64,000 bases of DNA from Leucoraja erinacea. Its lineage: Eukaryota. The notes below the pieces were generated by a model. The model made no database searches. It was not told where the DNA came from and was given only the letters and a program-made list of their open reading frames with translations. This document shows positions 12,500 to 24,540 of this stretch, one piece after another (the first letter of the stretch is position 1; every line of letters begins with the position of its first letter). Both the position numbers and the translations under genes were made by a program. The stretch is taken from NCBI RefSeq assembly GCF_028641065.1, contig NC_073409.1, positions 4,340,001 to 4,404,000 of the forward strand. Direction: 5' to 3'.

Positions 12500-12805
12500 G
12501 AGCGGCATGGTGGCGCAGCGGTAGAGTTGCTGCCTTACCTGGCCAGAGACCTGGGTTTGATGCTAACTACAGGTGCTGCCTATACGGAGTTTGTATGTTC
12601 TCCCCGTGACCGGCATGGATTTTCTCTGGGATCTCTAGTTTCCTCCCACACTCCAAAGACGTGCAGGTGTGTAGGTTAATTGGCTTCAGTAAAGATTGGT
12701 TTGGTCTAGAGAGTGTAGGATAGTGTTAGTCTACGGGGACCACTGGTTAGCACGGACTGGTTGGGCCGATGGGCCTGTTTCCGTGCTGCATCTCTAAACT
12801 AAATA
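12500..12805 (+). mobile_element. tRNA-derived SINE (HE1-like)
   Basis: Full-length copy. Confidence 0.85.
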
Positions 12806-13579
12806 GGTCACGGAAATAATAAATCAAAGACTAGAGTTGCTACTGACGTCAGACAGGAACTGTTGGAAAATAATTTATTTCCATTCTGTACAGTTTTAAA
12901 ATGTAAAATATAAATTTCATTTATATGCTTAATTCACTGGGATGGCTGATTTTTCTTACAAAAATGGGAGCCCAATTTAATATTTTGCACAATGCAGCTG
13001 TTTTTTTTTGCTAAAAGCAGGTCAGATTTACAATAATGAACATACATGACTGAGAATGATTAATTATGTAAAATGATATGTGCTAGAGCCATCTGCTGTC
13101 TATTTGAAAAATGCATTTGAGGAAAAACTGAGGTTTTAATATTTTAATGTTTTGTTTCCTCCACTTGGTGAAGGAATTCAACGAGAAGTCCTTCAGTTCT
13201 GCTTAGGTATGCAATTCGATTTAACAGCTACTGAAACAGGCAGAGCACTTAGGAGCTTGAAAGGAACGTCGCCAACATTTGCCTGATAATTCAGCTCATT
13301 GATGTTTGCTAGTTCTGTGAACAGACCACCAGATGGAGTGATTTGGAAATGGAAAGTCTGAAAAAGGGCCTCAACCCAAAACGTCACCCATTCCTTCTCT
13401 CCAGAGATGCTGCCTGTCCCGCTGAGTTACTCCAGCATTTTGTGTCTACAGCCGGACATCTCCCTTCAGTCCAGCACTACATTTACTTTCACACAGCGAC
13501 CCTAATGGTGGATAAATATCTGAAAGTGGACGATACAGGGTCATAAGGATGTAGCAGGGCAGAGAGAGAGATTTTGGAG

Positions 13580-13900
13580 CAAAGGGCAAACTGCTGGAGG
13601 AACACCAGCAAAAACGCAATGCGCTGGAAAAATTCAACGGGTCAGGCATCATCTGGGGAGGGGAAGGACAAGCTGTGTTTCGGGTTGGGACCCTTCTTCA
13701 GACTTTTTGGAGAAGGGGGGAGGAGTGAAAGGGGGGAAAAAAAGATGTGGGCAGGACAAAGCCTAGCAAGTGATAGGTGGATACAGGTGAGAGGGGATAG
13801 TTAGATAGATAAAGTGACACTAGAGGGGAAAAGAAGACAAAAGGGTATCAGATAAGAAGAGGAGTGAAATGCAGTGAGGGAGAGGATATAGGTGGAATGG
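13580..13900 (-). mobile_element. Penelope-like terminal fragment, second subfamily
   Basis: Similar to 48020-48225(+); contains CTGAAGAAGGGTCCCAACCCGAAAC. Confidence 0.6.
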
Positions 13901-15042
13901 GACAGGTGGGAGGGGAAAGAGGGGGGAACTCTGGAAGAACTGAACGTATTTACCATCATCTGTGAGGGGGGGGGAGGGGTGGGATTGTCAATATTTAGTG
14001 TCAAGATACCAAACGCGAGTTGTGCACAATATTCCTCTATTCTGGATTAAACTAATTTTCAACAGGACTACATTTCAGTGGGTTGCGTGAACACTTTTCT
14101 AACTTTAGTTTTCTCTACCAAAGATTGGTTTGAACAGGTCAAGTATCCAATAGAGGGGAATGAGGGGCAACTTGGGAAAGAGGGCAGAGAAAGGAAGATT
14201 CAGATGACAATACATAGGTTTTGATACAATAGTGATAGAAGATACCTCTTGCTAGTATTGGTAAAAAATGCACATTCAAAAATGAACATTTAAGTAAAAT
14301 ACCAACAAATATGTCAAAGTTGTAGGTTATTAAGCACATACTTCACTACAACATGCATTGGCTTATTGATTCTAGATAAAATATCTTTAGATTAAAAATA
14401 ACCACCAACAAATAGCCATCGCAAAAGCATGCAGAAACGTTACATTGTACCAAATGCAGTGTGGAGTTTATGGCACCCATTTTAACAAAGCACTGGATTT
14501 GGGGCTAAATGGTCACAAGGGCCTCTGAGAAAACCCATGCAGGTCTTGGGGAGATTTTACAAACTCCGTATAGACAAGCACCCGTGGTCAGGATCGAACC
14601 CGGGATCTCTGGCGCTGTGAGGCAGTAGCTCTACCGATCCGCCCCTTTGATTCTAACTAAATTGTTGGGACTGGATAGCGATAATCTGGTGACATTACTA
14701 CTGGGTATGAGGTGAACTTTCATGTATTACTTCAAGGCAGGTTACATCACGTCTGGAAGTAATCAAATCTTTCTGTATCTCCGTCAAGTTAGTGAAAGTT
14801 ATTTATACATTGAGCGGGGGAGTGGAATGCGAAGGGGGGGTGATTATTATTGCAGGAGTTCTCAAGTGTTTGAGAGTCTGGAAGAGGGCTCGACAATCTG
14901 AAGAGTCTCATTTGAAGATTTCATGCTTTTCTAAGTGAGCAGCAACTTCAAAAACATTGCGTGGAATTTTTTTTAACCAACTAAAGTACAAGCAAGGTCA
15001 CCCTCCTTCAAAATGAAAGCACTTCCCTCTCCAGACACAAGG

Positions 15043-15135
15043 CATGCAATACTACTGTTGGTAAATCGCGGTTATCTTCCGAAAATAAGTATTAGTTCAA
15101 ACTTCTTTTGACACCTTTTAGAAGCACACACACTA
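15043..15135 (-). promoter_or_regulatory. Candidate intronic splicing-regulatory cluster downstream of beta exon
   Basis: UG repeat (about 15124-15133), ACUAAU (QKI type, 15091-15096) and UGCAUG (RBFOX type, 15043-15048) within 120 nt of the donor. Confidence 0.55.
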
Positions 15136-15162
15136 TTTATTCCAAGCTAGGTTCAGACTTAC

Positions 15163-15186
15163 CATGTCCAACTCATCCTCCTCTGA
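15163..15186 (-). CDS. MEF2A: MEF2A beta micro-exon (acidic peptide SEEDELDM)
   Basis: ctgctttctgcag|TCAGAGGAGGATGAGTTGGACATG|gtaagt; 24 nt, phase 0/0; same position as human SEEEELEL. Confidence 0.93.
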
Positions 15187-15454
15187 CTGCAGAAAGCAGA
15201 TACAAAATAAACACACTCTGTTACTAGGTGGAAATGATCGTGAAACTACTCAGAACCGGTTGACATAAATATAGATGTTAAATGTCTCCTTAATTCTATG
15301 CTTCCATTCTGAACTGAATAATGTTTATATTGAAAGCACACAATGGCATTGAGGCAGGGTAAGTCCTTAAGATTCTCATTGTACAAACTTGATTGTCAAA
15401 TCCCCATTGTTTCTCTTTTTCATTAGTTTCCTCCAACAGCCTCTTCCTCTGTCA

Positions 15455-15772
15455 GACTTTAGACTTTTAGACCTTAGAGATACCGTGCTGAAATAGACCC
15501 TTGGCCCAGCAAGTCCACGCCGACCAGCGATCACTCCATACACTAGCACGGTCCACAACACTGGGGACAATTTACAATTTTACCGAAGGCAATGAACCCA
15601 CTAACCTGCATGTGTTTGGAGTGTGGGAGGAAACCGGGGCGCCCGGAGAAAGCCCACGCGGTCACAGGGTGAACGTACAATCTACGTACAGACAGCACCT
15701 GTGGTCAGGATCGAACACGGGTCTCTGTCGCTGTAAGGCAGCAACTCTACCGCTGCGCCACTGCGCCACCCT
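15455..15772 (-). mobile_element. tRNA-derived SINE (HE1-like)
   Basis: Full-length copy. Similar minus-strand copies at about 17280-17580, 18232-18533, 21690-21978 and 25658-25948. Confidence 0.85.
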
Positions 15773-16579
15773 GTGTCAGTTCTGCCCAAAACACTCATAC
15801 TGATCGTTTTTCAATGGCATTCTCGCACATGAGTTTGCAGGCGGTTAATTCAACCCGCTGATCGGCCGTGGATGTCCTGATGAGGTCGAGGTTGGCCACC
15901 TTACCTGGCCTCGGGGCCATATTTTGGGGGAAACTGCAGAGGCGGATCTCGTGCCTTCTTGTAATTTTGTCTGGATTAAAGGAGGTGACAGACAACTAGC
16001 TGCTGGAAAATATATATATATATATATATAAGACTGGACTTTTTACTCCCATGTAACAGTGCATGATTTTGTTAATATATTGAGTAATTTTTAAACAGGA
16101 TACTTTTATCTTCCCATAATCATTCCTCCCGGTGGACAAAATGCACGTTCCTGTGCTGTGCTGTTCCAAACACACCAGGACAACACATTGTTCATGTTCA
16201 TAAATGATAAGAGTAGAATTAGCTATTCAGCCCATCAAGTCAACTCCGACATTCAATGATGGCTGATCTATCTTTCACACTCAACTAATCAAGAATCTAT
16301 CTATCACTGCCTTAAAAATGGCTGTGGCAATGAATTCCACAGATTCACCACCCTCTGACTAAAGATATTCCTCCTCATTTCCTTCCTAAAGGAACATCCT
16401 TTACTTCTGAGGCTGTGACCTCTGGCCTTGGACTCTCCACATCCACTTCATCCAGTGCTACTTTCTGTAGAAGGTCCCTGCTAACAGTGTCTCAGATTGT
16501 TGACTAAAACAGAGTTATGTCGACACGGTGAAGCTCCCATTGATCTAGTCCAGGCTACATTGTTACATGAAGGACTCAC

Positions 16580-16749
16580 CAGAGGTGGCATCATGCCCTT
16601 GCTGGTCGGTGGGATCACTACACGAAGGTCAGGCTTGCGATTGTTCATTGCGATGTTGCCACCAGGAGGGGGTGGGGACTTTGTGGGCATGACTTTGCCG
16701 GTGGAGCAGAGCAGTCCGGGAGATGCTCGTGCGTTCACAAAACCATTTC
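16580..16749 (-). CDS. MEF2A: MEF2A exon with MAPK docking motif ([12 protein letters not shown]...KSPPPP...[20 protein letters not shown])
   Basis: attgcag|GAAATG...CCTCTG|gtgagt; 170 nt, phase 1/0. Confidence 0.96.
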
Positions 16750-19700
16750 CTGCAATCAATTTGGAAGAATTGTATTAAAAAAATGCATTCGCAAATTTGT
16801 TTCTAATGACATTTGCAACCCAGTTTGTCAATTGTTCTAAATCATTTCATTCTTCACATGTTCACAAGTTATAGGAGTAGAATTAGGCCATTTGGCCCAT
16901 CGAGTCTACTCTGCCGTTCGATCATGACTGATCTCTGCCTCCTAATCCCACTTTCCTGCCTTCTCCCCATAACGCTTGACACCCGTTCTAATGTAGAATT
17001 TGTCTATCTATGTTACAGCAAGGATCTCCTTGTTACAGACAATGGGCCTTTATGGCCAAGTTAAGACTCTACATTTTTAACAGCTTTGAAATTGAAGGAT
17101 ACAAGTTGGTGCTGGAAACACAGCGACTGTTGTGTACTGCCTCAGTGCAATGTACTACTCTTACACACTTGTGATCATGCCTATGTATATTAAGATTTTT
17201 ACAGAACTGTATGCAAAAAAAGGAACTTCACTGTACTGAGGTACATGTGACAATAAAGTCCCATTTATCCCAGTGTTTTAGTTTAGGGATAAAGCATAGA
17301 ACTGGGTCCTTGGGGCCACGGAGTCCACGCCGAACAATGATGACCCTTTCCATGTCACCCCATTTTTCCATCACCCCCTTACACACTCAGGGCAATTTAC
17401 AGAGGCCATTTCATCTACAAACCCACACACCTTTGGGATGTGGGCAGAAACCAAAACACCCTGAGGAAACCCATGCGGTCACAGGGAGAGTGTGCAAATT
17501 CCAAACATACGGCACCAGAGGTCAGGATGGAACATGGATCTCTGGCGCTGTGAGGTAGCCCGCTGTGCCATCGTGCCATCATTAACTACCGCACACACTA
17601 TTCAATGCCACAATTGAGATAAAACAACAAGTTCCACGTCGATCACAGCATCGTATTTTACATTAACCATGCAGCACAAACTAATACAAGGTCCTCGTGA
17701 GTAATTTTACATCGCACAAGTTCCAGTCAACACAATGCCTTGTTAGATTATTTCTATAAAGTTAAGCTAATGAACTAAATAAAACAAATGGATTAATTTT
17801 GATGGATCAGATTGCCAAATATAAATAGAAACGTGTTCAAGATTCTATGAGACCTCTGTTAAATTTATTTTTTAATTTAAGTTAAGTGCCACTGTTGATA
17901 TCAAACTTCACTTGGCAGGACTTTAAAAAACAGCGATAATTATTTCATCGATTGATTAAGAAACAAATAATAAAGTACATTTAAGGTGCCGCGGTTTAAC
18001 CCTGTTAGTTTTGGAAGTTGGTGAGAGGGGCAAAATTTAAAGATTTACGGGGCATGTTATTTTTTACACAGAGAGTAATGGGTGCCAGGAACACGCTCTC
18101 AGGGGTGGTGGTGGAGGTAGATACGATGGTGACATTTCAGAGACTTTTGAACAGACGCAGAGAGATGCTGGGGATGGAAGGACATGGATCATGGTCATGC
18201 AGAGGAGATTAATTTACCTTGTTTATTGTTATGTTTAGAGATGCAGCGCGGAAACAGGTCCTTCGGCCCACTGAATCCGTTTCGACCAGCATCCCCCGCA
18301 CATTAACACTATCCTGCACACACTAGGGACAATTGACATTTATTCCAAGCCAATTAACCTACAAACCCGTACGTACGTCTTTGGAGAGTGGGAGGAAACT
18401 GAAGATCGCGGAGAAAACTCACGCGGTCACGGGGAGAACATACAAACTCTATACAGACAGCACCTGTAGTCGGGATCGAACCCGGGTCTCTGGCGCTGTG
18501 AGGCAGCAACTCTACCGCTGCGCCACCTTGCCGCATCTCGTTCAGCACGGGCGTTGTGGCCCAAAGGGCCTGGACATGTGCTGTACTGTTCCATGTTCTA
18601 GGTTCATGTAATAACCTTCCTGTGCAAACAAACTGAAGTGAGCTAATAAAGAAGAAAACTAAAGTTTTAATTATGACGAGATTATAACTGAGAATGAGCT
18701 GCAACTCGAGCAGATAATTATCTCGTGAATTATTCATTGAACAAGACAAAAAATAAACACAGATGTACCTCTATGGATCAACAATGATTTTTAAAGTAAG
18801 CATGTTTTGTTTTAATGAGCTTGTTCTCAGAGTCCTTTATGATTCTAAAAAGAAACGTCTGGACCAATATATATGGAAAGGAAGGATTTAGGAGGCTATG
18901 GACCAAATAGGACTAGTTTAGTATGGACAAGGTGGGCTGAAGGGCCTGTTTCTGTGCCATGTTTCTGAGACTGCAGTGGAAATTCTTGGGCAGGCATTAC
19001 AAACATTACCAACACTTATATTTCATCCTGATTTAATTTTAAACGAGGGCTGGAATAAAATCCGGGTAAAAAAAATAGCAGTGATTAGGCTTCATGGCTG
19101 GAAATCAGCAGATTTGGGAATGATTCAATGATACTTTGCTGCCAAAAGTTACAAAAAGGATGGATTAGAGAGGTGAAAGCACTCATTAGAGTCTAACGCT
19201 ATCTGCTGGGACTGGTCAGAGGACGTGCCGCATATGGATGGCCTGACCAGATAGTAGGCAATAGGTTGGTGCTGGAGGTAGTGGATGACCTGGAGATCAT
19301 AGGCACCCCAAGACAAGGAGTTAGGAGCAAAACATAAAATGCAAGACTGCAGGTCAGGCAGCCTCTGTGGAAGGGATGGATGGGCACTATTTCAGGTCAG
19401 GACCCATCTTCAGAAACATCCAAAGAAGATGCCCTACCTGAAACATTACCTATTCTATTCATTCCCACCGCAGATGATGCCTGCCCGCTGAGTTCCTCCA
19501 GCACTTTTGTGTTTTGCTCACGAGTCCAGCATCTGCAGTTCCTTGTGTCTCCACGAGGAATTAGGAAATGGGTCTGGCCTGCTCCAAGAGTTGACCACCA
19601 GTTGACAGATAACGCAGGTAGTAACAATATCCTGACAATATCAGGAAGGGTTTGGGCCAAGAGAGTAGTAACAGGTACCTGAGAATCACATGAACCTTAG

Positions 19701-20112
19701 CAAACAAGGAGCTGGCTGCTTTAGTGAATGGCAGATGGCATTCTATGGCCAATGGTTTCCACATGACACAGAAGTCAACGGAGATACAGGAAAAAGACTT
19801 AGCTCTTTCAAGATTCATTAATTAGGATTCTGGCCAGTCAAACAATTATTAATACATCATGAATAAAACAGCAATAAGGAACATCAAACCAATTAGTAGA
19901 ACATTTATTGATCTTTTCATAGTTGGTGATCAGAGGGATTGGAGTATATTTTCTATGGCTGGTTAGTTTTATTATTCAATGTTCACCCCATAAATCTTTT
20001 AGTTTGCCAGCAGAGAGTCTACCTCTGTTAATGGATCATTGAAGTTAAAGGTTTATATCCAGACACCTCAGCGGTATCTTGTGTGGCCTTCCTACTTAAA
20101 TGCAAAGAGCGT

Positions 20113-20330
20113 AAGAAAGAAATGCAGATGCTGGTTTAAATCGAAGGTAGACACAAAATGCTGGAGTAACTCAGCGGGTGAGGCAGCATCTCCGGAGAGA
20201 AAGAGTGGGTGATGTTTCGAGTCGAGACCCTACTTCAGACTTCAGAAACATTGCCCATTCCTTATCTCCAGAGATGCTGCCTCACTCGCTGAGTTACTCC
20301 AGCATTTTGCGTCTACCTACTTAAATCAAT
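20113..20330. mobile_element. Penelope-derived palindromic (foldback) element
   Basis: Inverted arms aggtagacacaaaatgctggagtaactcagcg... / ...cgctgagttactccagcattttgcgtctacct. Confidence 0.8.
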
Positions 20331-22199
20331 GTGTTGCCATCAAAGAGCACAATGGAACATCATCGTATTAGAACATGCTATTTTTAAATGTAACACTCAC
20401 TTTATAGGTGATGGTTCAAACACAAGGAGCTATAATGTATCTGGAATCGTGCGAGTGTGTGCCTTTTGCATAATTACAAAAATCTAGCCATGAAAATTCT
20501 TCTGTATAGTTAAGGCTGGGAAATTCAGAGGTGAAGCGTGAATATAGATGAGTCAAAGTCATACAACTTGCTGAGTCATAGAACACAGTCATAGAACGGC
20601 TGGCTGAGTCATAGAACACAGAAATAAGGCCCTTTGGCCCAGCATACCCATGCTGATCCATTACCGTGAGTCCCACCTGCCCGCGTTTGGGCTCGCATCT
20701 CTCTAAACCTTTCCTACTCTAAGAACACTCAGATCTCTGAGAAATATCTTTAAGGCTTCCTTTCGAATTAATCTGATCCAAATACAATGATAACATATAT
20801 TGTGTAATCTGAATGGAAGCACAAAATTCTATTCGCTGCTTGTGTCAGTTGGATATTACAATTATCTCCACAATGAGTCAGAGGAATGCAGATCAGTTTC
20901 AAAACAAGAACGCAAGCTTCAGTAAATCCTTTTAACCATAAATCGCCTAAATTAATAAGTGATAGGAGCAGAATTAGGCCATTCGGCCCATCAAGACTAC
21001 CCCGCCATTCAATCATAGCTGATCTATCTTTCCCTCTCAACCCCATTCTCCTGCCTTCTCTCCATAACCCCTGACATCCACACTAATCAAGAAATACTCC
21101 TGTAACTATCCTGCACTTAATGCTGGCTTCTCTTGCATTTGCCTTACATGCAGCTCCAGTAAGGAGAATCGTCTGCCTTGCAAATGTTCCTCTATTTCTG
21201 CCAGCCCCTCTAAATAAGCTTCAGAAATGATGATTGATGCCAGGAGATCTAAACAAATCTGTCTATTTTCTTGTATTATCTTGGTCGTTAATTTATTGAC
21301 AGCATACATTGTGTACTTCTCTTCATATTAACACTAGTCCTGTTTCCACTATAAATGGATTCCATTGCAGTTGTTCGACTAGCCTAATGAGTTTAAAATA
21401 ACTTGCTATAAAACCATTAAACAAACAAGTTAGAGATATGTCCAATCTGCCAAGCAACATTTTTGTTTTCTAATACTCACGTTGTAACAGGAATTAATTG
21501 GACAGATGATAATGTTATTTGCAAGCCATTCTATGGAGTGTACTGATCCAGGGATTAAACTAACCCAAAACATTGTTCCACAGCAGATTGCCCAAAACTT
21601 TCTCCAGAGAACCATTTACAACTGTGGCTGCAGATTTCTGCTGTGTGTGATCTGTCATTGGTTTTTAAGAGAACATGATACCAGTTGAGACTTTAGAGAT
21701 ACAGCGCCAAAACAGGCCCTTCGGCCCACCGAATCCACGCCCACCAGCGATCACCCAGTACACGAGCACTATCCTACACACACTAGGGACAATTTTACCA
21801 AAGCCAATTATCCGACAAACGTGTATGTCTTTGGAGCGTGGGAGGAAACCGGAACGCCCGGAGCGGTCACATGGAGAAGGTACAAACTCCAATCAGACAG
21901 CACCCGTAGTCAGGGCCAAACCCGGGTCTCTGGCGCTGTGAGGCAGCAACTCTACTGCTGCACCTCGATGTCACCCTAATGTCACTTGCACAATGAAATA
22001 TCATGTTGATAAAACTGACAATACCACCAATGTTGGTTAGTGCCTAAGAGTTAAAGGTCTTCTTGCTACAAGGGAGTCTGAGTTTCTCACTGTCCAACGA
22101 ACCTGACTCTTAAATATCTAATACCCATCTCATCTCTTTCTGTCCCCCACCATTAGTTGCTTGACCCAAGGTGTGCTATTATCAGCCCTACACTGGAGG

Positions 22200-22385
22200 A
22201 ACTCTGTGGAAGAAGTGGACAGGGAACCTTTAGGGTCAAGACCCTTCTTCGGACTGTCCATCAGTACATAGTCTGTCCCCTGTGATGGAGGCAGAGAGAT
22301 CAAGAAAGACGAGATAGGTGTCAGAGATAGTCCAAGGGAATTTGAGGGCAGGGTGGAAGTTGATGTTGGCCAGATCAATATAAAA
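22200..22385 (-). mobile_element. Penelope-like element fragment (reverse transcriptase piece joined to terminal repeat)
   Basis: Peptide NFHPALKFPWTISDTYLVFLDLSASITGDRLCTD, then a degenerate CCGAAGAAGGGTCTTGACCC motif. Confidence 0.75.
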
Positions 22386-22532
22386 GTAGTAATAACAGGG
22401 AACTGCAGATGCTGGTTTAACCAAAGAAAAACACAAAGTGCTGGAGTAACTCAACTGGTTGGGCGGCATCTCTGGAGAACATGGATAGGTGATGGTTCTG
22501 GTCTGGCACCTTCTTCCAAACATTGAAAGGAG

Positions 22533-22742
22533 TAGGTAGACACAAAATGCTGGAGTAACTGAGTGGGTCAGGCAGCACCTCTGGAGGGAAGGAATGGGCG
22601 ACGTTCTGGGTCGAGACCCTTCTTCAGACCTGAAACGTCACCCATTCCTTCTCTTCAGAGATGCTGCCTGTCCCGCTGAGTTACTCCAGCATTTTATGTC
22701 TACCGTTGATTTAAACCAGCATCTGCAGTTCTTTCCTACACA
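22533..22742. mobile_element. Penelope-derived palindromic element
   Basis: Inverted arms of about 75 bp; a further half copy at 22397-22520. Confidence 0.8.
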
Positions 22743-23699
22743 TTGAAAGTAGTAATTGAGTCAAGCATCAAGTGTATTTAATGTACCGATGATGGAACAA
22801 TGAAATTGTTACTTGCAGCAGCTTAACTACTGCAGAACTAGAATGTGATGGAGGAACTGTGGTAGCAGAGGGGAAATGATTGATGTTTTCATTACGGACG
22901 TTACTAAAAATGTACTATTCTGCAAGTAAGCAACCGGGTAAGTTGATCTAGTGACATGCTCTTTTTAAACAGTACCAATAGTTCACTTCTCGGATTTCTG
23001 TTGCCGATCTCACTGCAGACATTTCATCTATCAGCTCGCTTTCAAGCCAGCCGCAAGGTCCGGCTGTAATGGGAACCGGGCTATGACATGGCAGCATCAC
23101 ACTTCCGTGAAAACAGCAAAGGGAATCTTTACCAAGATAAATGGCAACTTAAGACTCAAGAAGAAGGGTCTCGACCCAAAACGTCACCCATTCCTTCTCT
23201 CCAGAGATGCTGCCTGTCCCGCTGAGTTACTCCAGCTTTTCGTGTCTGTCTTCGGAGATTAGTTTAACTTGGCCACATGTTGGCCAGATGGGCATTGAGG
23301 GCCGAAGGGCCTGTTCCTGTGCTGTTCTGCTCCCAGTTCTATTACTCAACATTCTTCCCCTTTAAACACTGGGCATTTGACCCAAGTTCCATCTCCAAAC
23401 ATCACTGGCAGCAGCCAGACGCCTGCCAGAAATGTGAAACGCACCTCTATGCTGACACACTGAGCCTTTGCAAATCCTGCCTCCCCCATTCATCATGGAG
23501 GTAAAAACAACAGCTGATAATCCATCAGGACCTCACTGGGCTCCCAGTGCCAGGATTCATCCTTAATGTGCACCTGCTGTTCTACATCACACAACATATA
23601 ACAGGCACAGTTAGTTGGCAGGTTATTGTGTACCAGGAACCAAATGCTATGATGACATAGTCCCAAATGCCTGCTAGATGTTAGAGGTTCTGCTCAGCG

Positions 23700-23940
23700 T
23701 ATGTATTACCTCCTTCTCATCCAACAATGAACCATTGTATATTTCCTGCATCGTCTGCTTTGATCTGTTCTTTTCACACCTTACACAGTTCTTTGAACCC
23801 TTCCATATCCCGTTTCCCTCTCCCCTGACCATCAGTCTGAAGCAGGGGCTCAACCCAAAACGTCACCCGTTCCTTCTCTCCAGAGATGCTACCTCTCCCG
23901 CTGAATGACTCCAGCTTTTTGGGGTTACCTTCAGCATTTA
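23700..23940 (+). mobile_element. Penelope-like terminal fragment
   Basis: Reverse-complement similarity to 52800-53000. Confidence 0.7.
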
Positions 23941-24011
23941 CGTTACTGGTTCTGCCGTTAATACAAGGCTTCATCTTCCCCAACTCCAATTTGAAACTGC
24001 CATTTGAGTAA

Positions 24012-24319
24012 AGGGCCTGTCCCACTGTACGAGGTAATTCAAGAGCTCTCCCGAGTTTAAAAAAAAAATCAAACTCGTGGTAATGTACGTAGCGGGTACG
24101 TCGGAGCTCGGGACGTCTCTTAGCGGCTCGTAATGCTAACGGCAGGTACTCGGGAAACGCTGTAAGCTCGTGAAAACTCGTGAATATTTTTAAACATGTT
24201 GAAAAATGTCCACGAGAGCCCCAAGTACCTACGAGCGGCTATTACCTTAATTCTCCGAGTTCAAATCAGGGGAAACTCGGGAGAACTCCTGAATTACCTC
24301 GTACAGTGGGACAGGCCCT
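24012..24319. mobile_element. PIF/Harbinger-like MITE, type A
   Basis: TIR of about 46 bp starting AGGGCCTGTCCCACTGTACGAG; TAA target duplication on both sides. Confidence 0.85.
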
Positions 24320-24371
24320 TAAAGCAAATGTTGCTGAGTGCTTGAGGAAAAGACTTCACACTATTTACTGC

Positions 24372-24540
24372 AGGTAGACAGAAATGCTGGAGAAACTCAT
24401 CGGGTGAGGCAGCATCTATGGAGGGAAGGAATAGGTGACGTTTTGGGCCGAGACCCTTGGGTTAGATGCTGCCTCACCCGCTGAGTTTCTCCAGCCTTTT
24501 TGTCTACCTTCGATTTTTCCAGCATCTGCAATTCTTTCTT
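24372..24540. mobile_element. Penelope-derived palindromic element (variant)
   Basis: Inverted arms gctggagaaactca..gggtgaggcagcatcta / tagatgctgcctcacccgctgagtttctccagc. Confidence 0.75.

Noticed and set aside
15877-15935. Plus-strand CTGATGAG...GAAAC as a hammerhead
   Set aside because: No stem II closing directly on the GAAA box and no convincing stems I or III.
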